DNA of 64,000 nucleotides from Escherichia coli (GTDB lineage Bacteria; Pseudomonadota; Gammaproteobacteria; Enterobacterales; Enterobacteriaceae): NCBI RefSeq assembly GCF_011045215.1, contig NZ_CP049201.1; one strand, 5' to 3'. Shown piece by piece: positions 22,795 to 33,509 of this stretch (position 1 is its first letter; each line of letters starts with the position of its first letter). The notes under the pieces were generated by a model. It saw only the letters and a program-made list of their open reading frames with translations, ran no database searches and was not told where the DNA came from. The position numbers and the translations under genes were made by a program.

Positions 22795-22912
22795 GTTTTA
22801 TTCTATTAACAGCAAGGCAGTCACGCAAGAGAAAGAGGTGGATATGAGGGGGTTGTGTCATGTTTTCAGTTGGTTAACGCAATGTAATCAGGCATTTCCC
22901 CTGGCAGACTGT

Positions 22913-23785
22913 TCAGAAGAAAATCCAGTTCCATACAGCGCGGGCAACAGAGACCACCGAGTCACGGACGGCACGCAGAACCGTGCGTGCAACAGAGGCA
23001 ATACAGACGCTCTCCGCCGTGTCAAATATCCGGTCCACCGCACCGGTAAACTGTTCACGGGCCTGAGACCGGACAGATTCCGTGCGCAGCTCGTCCTGCA
23101 GGCGGGTCATCAGGGGACTGGCGGCATGGTCGGGAAGCGCTGTCATGAGCGCACTGACCAGCATATCCAGTTCCCAGCCGGTGCAGGCCGATACGGCCAC
23201 AACCGGATGTACGGGCCGGAAGAGCCGGAATACCGCATCTGTTTTCTCACGAATGTTCTGTGCCTGTGCGGGAGAAGGCTGAATGCCGGCCATATCCCAT
23301 TCATGGCAGGGCTCCGTTTTGTCGGCCTGCGTCACCACAAACAGCACCTGCTGATGTCCCCGGTGCAGGATGTGTCGCCAGAAATACTCATCCACAGACA
23401 GGGCACGGTCATCGGCTTTAATCAGCCACAGTACCAGGTCAAGTTCAGGCAGAATGTCACGGTACAGGGCTTCATACTCTGCATCCCTGTCCCGGCTCTC
23501 GCCCACCCCGGGCAGGTCAGTGATAACCATGCTGTGACCGTGGCCACTCAGACGGAAGCGCTGCACTTCCCGGGTGCCGGCGTGAACATCACTGACCGGG
23601 GTGACCTCCCCCTGAAACAGTGCATTACAGAGTGAGGATTTACCGGCCCCGCTTTTACCCATAATGCCAATCACGGGTTCGTGACTGGTGAGTTTGCGCA
23701 GATGTTCCAGGATGTGACGGGAAAGTGAGTAAGGCAGGGAGGAGAGCGGTTTTTCAATTGCCTCAATGGCATCAGACGGATTCAT
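22913..23785 (-). CDS. island-associated GTPase, YeeP/YfjP/YkfA family (290 aa)
   Basis: ORF 22913..23848; ATG at 23785 gives MNPSDAIEAIEKPL...; P-loop GIMGKSGAGKSSL and DLPG switch motif. Confidence 0.85.
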   Translation of the reverse strand: MNPSDAIEAIEKPLSSLPYSLSRHILEHLRKLTSHEPVIGIMGKSGAGKSSLCNALFQGEVTPVSDVHAGTREVQRFRLSGHGHSMVITDLPGVGESRDRDAEYEALYRDILPELDLVLWLIKADDRALSVDEYFWRHILHRGHQQVLFVVTQADKTEPCHEWDMAGIQPSPAQAQNIREKTDAVFRLFRPVHPVVAVSACTGWELDMLVSALMTALPDHAASPLMTRLQDELRTESVRSQAREQFTGAVDRIFDTAESVCIASVARTVLRAVRDSVVSVARAVWNWIFF

Positions 23786-23869
23786 ACATGTATTCCCGGT
23801 GAAAAAAGACAAAACCCCCGCACACCGGAAAGGTGGCGGGGGACTCACGGAGATAATATATGTCTGAAA

Positions 23870-24788
23870 TTATCTGGAATGTCGGTACCTTTTATACTCT
23901 TCAACAATCAGGTCATGCAGCATTTCGCCGGTACTGAGTCTTCTGACCCTCGATAATTCTTTGAGCTGCGCCCTGGTTTCTGCGTCAAGAAAAAACTGTA
24001 CATTGACTTTATCTTCCTGCATTTTTTTGTACTTGCGCTGCGCCTTGGCCTTATTGAAACTGTTTCTGAAATTTTTTATATCGTCAGGTGAGGTGAGTGG
24101 ACAGGTAACCCATATGTCAAATGAAAGGTGAATTGCGTGGTAAATATCAGCAGAACCAGGAAAACTGGCCAGTTTTTCCAGTGCAATATTTTTTCCCTTC
24201 AAATAATTCCATGTCCATATGCATTCATGTTCGTTCTCCGGGAGGAGGTAACTGAAAGGACTCTTTGATTTAAATGCCCGCATCCATCTGTCTTTGGTCT
24301 GGATTATCCACTCATCCCGCAAATTCTTATCAGAAAGAATATCGAGAACTCTGAGTATTTGTCTGAACTGTGTCGATGAGTCCGACGGGAAGGCATTCCC
24401 TTCCAGATACTCTTCTTTAAGATACAGTTTATTCTTTTGAAGCAAGTCTGCGCTTATTTTTGCCCTGTTATTCTGGATAAACTGCATCAACAGATACCAG
24501 GAAAATAAGCATGCGCGTTCACTGCCCGCGATCCAGGATATTTTTTCCAGGGGGACCAGGAAGGCCAGGGCCTTCAGACGCATACCAGAAATTATTTGTT
24601 CAAGTTCAAAATCTGAAAGTGTGATGTTCAGATTTTCTCTGTTTTTTTTTTATGTAAGCGATAAAACGTTCCGGGGGATCATAAACATTAAGGGGCAGTA
24701 CGGAGATATTACGCTCTCCAAGATAATAAGAGTAATACGCATTTGTTCTTTCATTCATAACCTTATCCGACAAAATTTTCTGAACCAT
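23870..24788 (-). CDS. lower-GC gene of unknown function split by a +1 frameshift in an A10 tract (53 codons to the tract plus 237-codon ORF; about 296 aa if 9 A)
   Basis: ORF 24606..24788 (…FIAYIKKKQRKSEHHTFRF*) and ORF 23870..24583 are joined by the open frame ...KKNRENLNITLSDFELEQIISGMRLKAL... when one A is removed; C-terminus has a ribbon-helix-helix-like segment. Confidence 0.55.
24642..24651 (-). repeat. homopolymeric tract, T10 on plus strand = A10 in the coding strand
   Basis: Ten consecutive T at 24642-24651; the two ORFs switch frame exactly here. Confidence 0.9.
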
Positions 24789-25988
24789 CCTCTTTCTCCG
24801 GCTGCTTAAAAATTAAACATAATAAGGTGATAATAATATGATAAAAAGAAGTTTATAATGGTATATTAAGATGGTCAATAAAAAGGCAATCTGCGCGCTG
24901 TATAGTCATTCTGACAGGAAATGCAGGAGGAAGGGAAGGTAACCGGCTTCGTTATGCTGACAGGAATACCTGTTATCATGGAAGTGCACTCATGTGGCCG
25001 ACGTAGCTTAAGAGGATGGAAGAGTGGAGACTGCAGACAGGGGGTATTGAAAGGTAAACATGTTTCGCCCGCCAGCTGCACCGGGGGCCAGCATCACTTT
25101 TTTTACGTTGTAACCCGGTATGCATTCCGGCTTTGATGATTACAGTCAGAGGGCAGCAGACTGACGTTATTTAACCGGACAGAAAAATTATGGACACTGA
25201 AATATCGTCTGTTAATACCTCGTTTGTCGGTGTGGTATTCCCTGTATTACCGGCGTCACCGATAAAGAGAGTTATAAACGCCAGAAAGGTACCTCCTTTA
25301 TGCCGGGGAACACTTACGGAAAATGAAGTCTGAAAAGGAGCACAATGAAAAGAGGCGTGTCCCGTAAATATAACGAATCATCGCAGGATATACATTATCA
25401 GGTGATACCAGAGGGCATTAAACTGTCGCCACGGATAAGAATATACAACATTTCTGATAACAAAACATCATAACGTGTTTCAGATATGTTCCGGCATCAG
25501 TCTGACGGATATTATTTCCCGGTAAAACAAACCGGCTACTGTAACGGTTAACTGTATCTGCATAAATTATTTATGATGAAAGAACAGTATTACGGATTCA
25601 AATATCATCCTGTTTGCATTCAGGCGGACATTCCCGGATGCCGGAAAGAATATCCTGCAGGCTGAGTGAGTCTCTTCCACAGTGCCGGGATCGCTGTCGC
25701 CACGTACATATTGTCACCAGGATGGGTATGTACCGCAGCATGCCATTTCTGGTGAATAACCGCACCTGCACATTCAGTCTGCTGAGAACCTGGCGTGTAT
25801 CGGGCTGTAAAGAACATCCCTGTCCGTGGCTCCTCTGGTGGTGTTGCCTGCTCAGCAATGACAGGATGCCCTTAAGACGCCCGTCATGGCTCAGTATGAT
25901 GACGACGAACACGCTCTGCAGGTGAGCATGCGGGGCCGGGAGCATCATCATTTCCGTATTTTGTCACACCTTCCGGAAGCAACCGGCA

Positions 25989-26591
25989 TCAGTTGCGGCT
26001 ATCGTCAACCGTTGTGCGGTATGCCAGGAGCACGTACTGATCCATCAGATCCGTCAGTGCTGCGCTCTGCCTCTGACGGTTGATGATCCATTCCTCCAGC
26101 TCTTTTTCTGATTTCCGTTTCAGGTTCTCTTTCCAGTCTTCAAGGCTGTTTCCGGTCATTAAATCAAGCCAGCAAAGCCAGACCAGTTTGAGGCGCAACT
26201 CCGTGCCACCAAACTGACGGAAGAGGCTGATCAGTTTATTTGCCAGAGAACGCTGCCTCAGACGTTCACATTCAGACAGGAGAATGCCTTCCAGCATCGG
26301 ATGATGAACCAGCAGATGTTCACTGGTGCATAAATTCACTATCAGATCATCATCCAGGGGCGGCGTGGCCCGTTTGTCAGGGCCATAAATCAGCCGGTGC
26401 AGGCTCTGGGGTACGATGGCAATCTCCGGTTTTTCACCATTGAATGACACCCAACCGGGCGTCAGATTATGGAAGTCGTAGATATTCGGATGACACACGC
26501 CCCAGGATACGGCGTGCCGGGTGAAGCCGGTCAGCCATTTCTGGTAGCTTTCGTGGAGCCATTCGTAGCGGGTCTGATACTGTTGTTTCAT
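25989..26591 (-). CDS. hypothetical protein (about 200 aa), first gene downstream of alpA
   Basis: ORF 25989..26606; ATG at 26591 with GAGGA 8 nt upstream (alternative ATG 26597); no family recognised. Confidence 0.55.
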   Translation of the reverse strand: MKQQYQTRYEWLHESYQKWLTGFTRHAVSWGVCHPNIYDFHNLTPGWVSFNGEKPEIAIVPQSLHRLIYGPDKRATPPLDDDLIVNLCTSEHLLVHHPMLEGILLSECERLRQRSLANKLISLFRQFGGTELRLKLVWLCWLDLMTGNSLEDWKENLKRKSEKELEEWIINRQRQSAALTDLMDQYVLLAYRTTVDDSRN

Positions 26592-26685
26592 TTTCATATT
26601 CCTCACGGGGATATAACAGGCAGCAGAATGCCGCCGGCAGGCCGGGGATTACGTCTGCTGCGGGTGAACGGATAACGGTCAGAAA

Positions 26686-26892
26686 TTACGGGCGGGGCTG
26701 TGCAATACGCGCCTGCAGCCAGGCTTCCACTTCACTTTTCAGCCAGCGGGAGCTGCGGCCCAGCTTGATGGGAGCCGGAAAGGCCCCATCCCTGATGAGC
26801 CTGTAAAACCACTTATCTGTCAGGCCGGTCAGTTGAGTGATAAATGCCATGTCGACCATCTGGTCATCCATCAGTGAAACTGGGGTAGCCAT
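26686..26892 (-). CDS. alpA: AlpA-family prophage transcriptional regulator (68 aa)
   Basis: Internal ATG at 26892 of ORF 26686..27087 gives MATPVSLMDDQMVDMAFITQLTGLTDKWFYRLIRDGAFPAPIKLGRSSRWLKSEVEAWL..., the AlpA/MerR-like phage helix-turn-helix. Confidence 0.85.
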   Translation of the reverse strand: MATPVSLMDDQMVDMAFITQLTGLTDKWFYRLIRDGAFPAPIKLGRSSRWLKSEVEAWLQARIAQPRP

Positions 26893-27963
26893 GAGAATGT
26901 TCCTCCGGATGTTGTTAAACCAGCCGGTGTGGTCATGAAAACAGCGCGCCACCTTCACCGGCATAACAACCGGGGAGAAACGTAAAAAATAATCGGGAAT
27001 GTGACCGCCAGGAGATAAACGGGGAGGTTGCGGTGGCTGAGCCGTACCGGTATACCGGGTGGTTGTTGCGAAAAGATGCTTCCGCACGCACGCGCGATAA
27101 AGAGGGGATAGTTTTCGTGAGGACAGGGAGAGAAGCAGGCGTTCTGATAATTGCAGAGTTGTTTTCGGAGGTGGTTACAGTGAGTCAGCCCGTTCCTGGC
27201 GAGGAGGAGACTGATATCACCGATGGGATAAGGCTGTCTGATTGGTATTATAAATATAAGAAGTCATCAGAGAGTAACGTAAAGGATTTGCCAGAGTAAG
27301 CTAAGAGAGCAAATCTCTCCGGTAACAGAGCGCTGTGAATCGTTCATGTATCAGAGTGCAGATACATGAACGCTGATGCGTAAAATCAGCAGTGACACGC
27401 CAGCTCCCCCTGTGCCCATTCCTGTATAAGACATGAACTGAGCGTATTAATGCTCCTGCCCTGAGACTGAGCCGGTGAGTGAGGGGCTGAGAAATCCCTC
27501 TTGACACTGCTCTAAACCAGAAATACTTCCCCGGTTGTTGCGGTGCGTCCGGATCCCCGATAACGGAACACTAAGGCTGTATTGCGGGACACCTGGTAAG
27601 TGGCAGCCCGTAATACGTCAGGAGACGCGGGAAAAGTGAATTCCCACACGCGTTATAAACTTACCCTTGCGGAGCTGGAAGCCTTTAACTCTGCCGTTGA
27701 CAACCGGCTGGCAGAACTGACAATGAACAAACTTTACGATCGCGCGCCGGCTTCCGTCTGGAAATATGTCACCTGAATATTGAAGCAGCGCTACGATGAC
27801 TCCGGTGTTATCTGCACCGGAGGACCGGGAACATTAAGCGGTATAGCGACAACAAAGAATTCGAAATCAAAAGGGAATGGTGCCGGAGGCGTGGGCGGTA
27901 ATAGGCTGATTTTCAGGTATTACCGGCCTGTATCTGCTGAAGGGGGCTCGTATTTGTCGGGGC

Positions 27964-27997
27964 TGCGTATTCCGCTCGATTCGATCACGGATTGGCG
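27964..27997 (+). repeat. isolated fragment matching the terminal-repeat region of the IS21-family element
   Basis: TGCGTATTCCGCTCGATTCGATCACGGATTGGC differs by one base from the reverse complement of 21318-21350; no IS body adjacent. Confidence 0.6.
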
Positions 27998-28491
27998 GAA
28001 TACCTAACTGTGATTGATTCAGGTACCATTTTGCAGGGATCCGGTGCGTTACTGTCTGGCACAACAAACGCAGCGGGTCGCTCTGCTCCGCCGATTCCTG
28101 ATAATCCCTCCCCAGTAACCTACTGCAACAGTACAAATACACTGACGCCTGAAACGGTAACCAGAATCAGCACCAGCAGTAACTCAGTAAACAGAGCAGA
28201 CGATCGGTCTTCCGGTAATAACCGGAAGGAACGACAGCGCCACAATACAGGCAACACACTGTATTATGAGTAATCGAATTACCGCAATCCCCGCATTTCT
28301 TTTTGCGTATCACGATAGCTCCCTCGCCACGCCTTATCCGTAACCGGTTTTTTACATTAAAAAAAACAACGCCGGGAATTCAATCGTCAGTCCGGAGACG
28401 ACCGTTCGGGTTATCACAGAGAGCCTGAGCAGGGGGGCTGCGCATTTTTTACGATGTGGCTATTCCGTATGAACCATACGGAGATATAACC

Positions 28492-29061
28492 ATGACCTAC
28501 AAATACAACCCCTTCTGGCAGCAACGTATTCGTGAGACGGTGCGGCACGCACTGAATGTTCATCCCCGCCTGACGGCATTGCGGGTTGACCTGCGTTTCC
28601 CGGATGTACCGGCAGCAACGGACGCAGCTGTGATATCCCGCTTCATCAATGCCCTGAAAGCCCGAATCGACGCTTACCAGAAACGTAAGCATCGGGAAGG
28701 TAAACGCGTGCATTCCACAACCCTGCATTACGTCTGGGCCCGGGAGTTTGGGGAGTGCAAAGGTAAAAAACACTATCACCTGATGCTGCTGGTCAACCGG
28801 GATACCTGGTGTCGTGCCGGTGATTACCGCGCTCCGGGATCACTGGCCGGGATGATTAAACAGGCGTGGTGCAGTGCCCTGGGAGTGGATGTCGGGTGCC
28901 ATGCCACGCTGGTGCATTTTCCGGCCTGGCCGGCGGTGTGGCTGGCGCGTAATGATGACACCGGCTTTCAGCAAGTGCTGGAACGTGCTGACTATCTGGC
29001 GAAGGAGCATACCAAAGTTCACTGCACCGGTGAGCGCAACTTTGGCTGCAGTCGTGGCTGA
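28492..29061 (+). CDS. inovirus Gp2-family protein (YfjJ/YagK-like, about 190 aa)
   Basis: ORF 28456..29061; ATG at 28492 follows GGAG; conserved HYHLMLL core. Confidence 0.65.
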   Translation: MTYKYNPFWQQRIRETVRHALNVHPRLTALRVDLRFPDVPAATDAAVISRFINALKARIDAYQKRKHREGKRVHSTTLHYVWAREFGECKGKKHYHLMLLVNRDTWCRAGDYRAPGSLAGMIKQAWCSALGVDVGCHATLVHFPAWPAVWLARNDDTGFQQVLERADYLAKEHTKVHCTGERNFGCSRG

Positions 29062-29226
29062 GCCAGACAGACGAGTTATCTGACTTCAGTGTGATGACGT
29101 GTTCACGGCCACCACACTGATTTTCCCTTATGAGACTGAACTGAAACCGCCATTCACACCGGACCACGCTGCCCGTACCGGGACGGCTGTTGCCTGCGTG
29201 TCGTCTGACGGTAAGGAACATATACT

Positions 29227-29619
29227 ATGTACGCAAAATCCTTTCTCGCTCTTGATGGCAACGGACGTCTGACGGGCGCCCGTACAGCACAGGCCGCACC
29301 TTATGCTCACTACACCTGCCACTTGTGTGGCAGTGCACTCAGATACCATCCGCAATACGACACTGAACTTCCCTGGTTTGAACACACTGACGACAGGCTG
29401 ACAGAGCACGGTCAACAGTGCCCTTATGTCAGGCCGGAGCGCAGAGAAATACAGTTGATTAAACGTCTGCAGCAATTCGTACCGGATGCCTTACCCGTGG
29501 TGCGTAAAGCCAGCTGGCACTGCAGACAATGTCACCACGATTATTATGGGGAGCGGTACTGCACACACTGCCAGACCGGAGGTTTCAGTCTTCCCCGGAC
29601 AGCTCAGCAACTGTCTTGA
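29227..29619 (+). CDS. double zinc-ribbon protein with PWFEH motif, paralog 1 (130 aa)
   Basis: ORF 29227..29619; CHLCGS...PWFEH then CRQCHHDYYGERYCTHCQTGG; resembles the N-terminal C-x2-C...PHFAH module of CoiA-like proteins. Confidence 0.6.
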   Translation: MYAKSFLALDGNGRLTGARTAQAAPYAHYTCHLCGSALRYHPQYDTELPWFEHTDDRLTEHGQQCPYVRPERREIQLIKRLQQFVPDALPVVRKASWHCRQCHHDYYGERYCTHCQTGGFSLPRTAQQLS

Positions 29620-29628
29620 ACGTAAAAA

Positions 29629-30597
<969 letters not shown>

Positions 30598-30782
30598 GAT
30601 TACCCATCCTTGCAAATGCGTTATGGCGTACTGACAACTGTTCGGGTTTCAGATGAGTGGCTCAGTGTATGCGCCATTCGCTGAGCTACGGGCTATGAAC
30701 CCCTTGAGGGATCGGGCTGCATACACCTTGCCAAATCTAATCACAGTTATTTTAACCAATTGTCAAGATACAAGGAGGAGAT

Positions 30783-31193
30783 ATGCGAATTCTGAACTGC
30801 TATATGGCGAATGACAGCAAAGGCCATTTTGTTACGGCGAAAGAAGCCGCGAAGCACAACCGACAGGACGTTTTGTGCTGTGTGTCCTGTGGTTGTCCGT
30901 TAACACTTAAGCGGGGAAATGACGGACAACCGCCGTGGTTTGAACATGACCAGATGACTGTTGCTGCGAAAATCCTGCTGCGATGCACCTGGCTTGACCC
31001 GGCAGAGAAAGAGGCCCGTCGTTTGCATCTGCAGGGCATGACGGTTCCGGATTATACGGTGAAGGTGAGAAAGTGGTTTTGTGTGATGTGTGACGAAGAT
31101 TATGAGGGGGAAAAGTGCTGCCCGCGTTGTGGTACTGGGGTATACAGCAGGGAGGGGGGGCTGCAGGAAGGCAACTGGAAGGATAGGAACTGA
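30783..31193 (+). CDS. double zinc-ribbon protein with PWFEH motif, paralog 2 (136 aa)
   Basis: ORF 30783..31193 after AGGAGG; CCVSCGC...PWFEH then CVMCDEDYEGEKCCPRCGTGV; same cysteine spacing as paralog 1. Confidence 0.6.
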   Translation: MRILNCYMANDSKGHFVTAKEAAKHNRQDVLCCVSCGCPLTLKRGNDGQPPWFEHDQMTVAAKILLRCTWLDPAEKEARRLHLQGMTVPDYTVKVRKWFCVMCDEDYEGEKCCPRCGTGVYSREGGLQEGNWKDRN

Positions 31194-31381
31194 GCGGTTC
31201 AGTCGCGGAAATCAGTTGCAGAGCTGTAATGATATCTCCGGGAGTGCTGCGTTGGTAGGGGCATCCCGGGATAGAGAAATTTTAGCACTTTGCCCTGAAT
31301 GATTGTAGACGCCCCGAGTACTCGTACCGGTCTGAGTTATTACAGTTAGATATTCACTTTTTCTCCCGCATACTTCACATC

Positions 31382-33147
31382 TGTCAACGACGGATGAAAA
31401 GTGGTTCTTCCGCAACCTGGGTGGAAGAAAATGGATGAAACTTTCTGGCGAACAAGGATCTAAGCTGTTTTAAGTTATGGGCAACCCAATGCACTCTCTT
31501 AAGACACTTCTACAGTTACCTTGCGGATGGCGATGCAGTCGACAAATTATTAGCTCTGACGGTATAACCCTCCATCTCCACGGAAAACGCAAAACAGCAC
31601 AATGTCCTGAATGCTTTAAGCGTAGCGACTCTGTTCATAGTTGTTGTCGGCGCCGGATACAGCATCTACCCTGATCAGGACAGACGCTATAGCTTGTATT
31701 TTCCGTCCGCCACTGGTACTGCCGTAACCCAGCTTGTTCACGTAAAATTTTTGCCGAGTCGCTTGCTCCCTTCGCCGGTTCACACCAACAGTCTTCACAG
31801 GCGTTACAAAATTTACAACGTCAACTGGGATTAATAGCTGGAGGTGAGGCTGGAAAACGGGCTGCAACGGCAGCGGGTCTCCGTTGCAGTGCTGATACTC
31901 TTCTTCGCAGGGTTATCAATACCCCGGAGACGAAACAGTCAGGCGCGCCTCATGTCGGTATTGATGAGTGGGCGTGGCATCGGGGCCACTGCTGCGGTAT
32001 GTTAATAGTCAATCTTGATACTCACCGTCCCCTCGTCCTGCTTCCCGGCCGTGATCAGCGTACGCTGGCGACCTGGTTCAGAAAATATCCGGAAATACAG
32101 GTTGTCTCGCGTGATCGCAGTGGAGTCTATGCGACAGCAGCACGTGAAGGTGCACCTCAGGCCAGACAGGTGGCCGATCGATGGCACCTGCTAAAAAATA
32201 TTGGTGATGAGCCTGAACGAATGATGTACAGACATATGCCTCTGATACGTCTTGTTGTCAGAGAGTTATCACTGAAGAAATCACCTGAGCTAGAAATATC
32301 TGTGCCTGTAGCATCGCTCCGTCGTCCGGAACGCCTTAAACAGCAAACCCGCAAAAAACGGCATCAGCATTGGACAGAGGTTATGGCCCTGCATAACAAG
32401 GGATGTAGTTTCAGGGAAATATCCCGTATTACAGGCCTGTCGCGAGTGACAGTCAGTCGCTGGGTGCGTTCAGGAACATTCCCTGAAATGTCAACCCGGC
32501 CTCCAAAGCGAGGGCTTCTGGACCCATGGAGGGAGTGGTTAAAAGAGCAACGAGAAAGTGGTAATTATAATGCCAGCCGGATATGGCGGGAAATGGTGGC
32601 CCAGGGGGGGGGACAGGCAGTGAAACCATCGTCAGGGATACTGTTGCCAAATGGCGTAAAGGCTGGAACCCACCGGTTACTACTGCCGCAAGACTTCCTT
32701 CAGTGTCCCGGGTAAGCCGCTGGTTGATGCCCTGGAGAATAATCAGGGGCGAAGAAAATTATGCATCCCGATTTATTAGTCTGATGTGTGAAAAAGAACC
32801 GGAGTTGAAAATAGCACAGCAACTGGTACTCGAGTTCTACCGTATTCTGAAAACCTAAAATAAATCACAGCTAAGCAGCTGGTTCACTCGAGTCCACGAA
32901 AGCGGCTCAGCAGAACTTCGGTGCGTAGCTGCGGGGATGGAAGCTGATGCTGCGGCTATATGTGAGGCAATCAGCAGTCGCTGGAGTAATGGTGTTGTCG
33001 AAGGTCATGTAAATCGCCTGAAGGTGCTGATACGCCAGATGTATGGTCGAGCCGGATTTGAACTACTTAGGCGGAGGGTAATGAGTCCACTGGCATGAAA
33101 ATCTTCACCTAGGTTGCGGAAGAGCCACTTTTGCACTGTTCGTGACA
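31382..33147 (+). mobile_element. degenerate ISL3-family element (transposase in at least four frames) whose outer 22-bp termini match IS100 termini
   Basis: Inner inverted repeats GTGGTTCTTCCGCAACCTGGGTGG / GTGGCTCTTCCGCAACCTAGGTGA; transposase pieces in ORFs 31477..31674 and 31999..32715 plus C-terminal ...SRWSNGVVEGHVNRLKVLIRQMYGRAGFELLRRRV; outer 22 bp identical (left) or 20/22 (right) to IS100 ends. Confidence 0.7.
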
Positions 33148-33189
33148 GTATGGCCTTTATGTACTCACTTTGTTACCGGTAGCTGAATC

Positions 33190-33470
33190 ATCACTACCGT
33201 GCTGCAAATGGTGGTGAACAGCATCAATTGTGGAATGAATGTTGCCGAAGCGACCAATGCGCCTCGTTTCCACCATCAGTGGTTGCCGGACGAGCTGCGT
33301 GTTGAAAAGGGTTTAGTCCGGATACGCTCAAGCTGCTGGAAGCAAAAGGTCAGAAAGTGGCGCTGAATGAGGCGATGGGCAGCACGCAAAGCATTATGGT
33401 TGGGTCGGATGGTGAGTTGTACGGCGCATCCGACTCGCGCTTGGTGGATGATTTAACGGCGGGGTATTAA
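33190..33470 (+). pseudogene. ggt: 3' fragment of a gamma-glutamyltranspeptidase (ggt) gene with an internal 1-bp frameshift
   Basis: Encodes ...VNSINCGMNVAEATNAPRFHHQWLPDELRVEK then, in the next frame, GFSPDTLKLLEAKGQKVALNEAMGSTQSIMVGSDGELYGASDSRLVDDLTAGY*; no N-terminal part. Confidence 0.7.
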
Positions 33471-33509
33471 TTGACATCCCCCGGCGCAGTGTGCCGGGGG
33501 ATAATGGTT

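Noticed and set aside
22838-23635. 265-codon plus-strand ORF
   Set aside because: Antisense to the P-loop GTPase gene, whose Walker motifs identify the true coding strand
25598-25951. 117-codon ORF downstream of the ~200-aa gene
   Set aside because: Overlapping ORFs of similar length exist in other frames on both strands, so the open frame may be compositional; kept only as a note within the alpA-cassette finding
27033-28273. Several 70-93-codon ORFs upstream of alpA, examined as a possible integrase remnant
   Set aside because: No recombinase motif (R..H..R..Y) and no ribosome-binding sites; one short frame has weak mobilisation-protein flavour, too little to call
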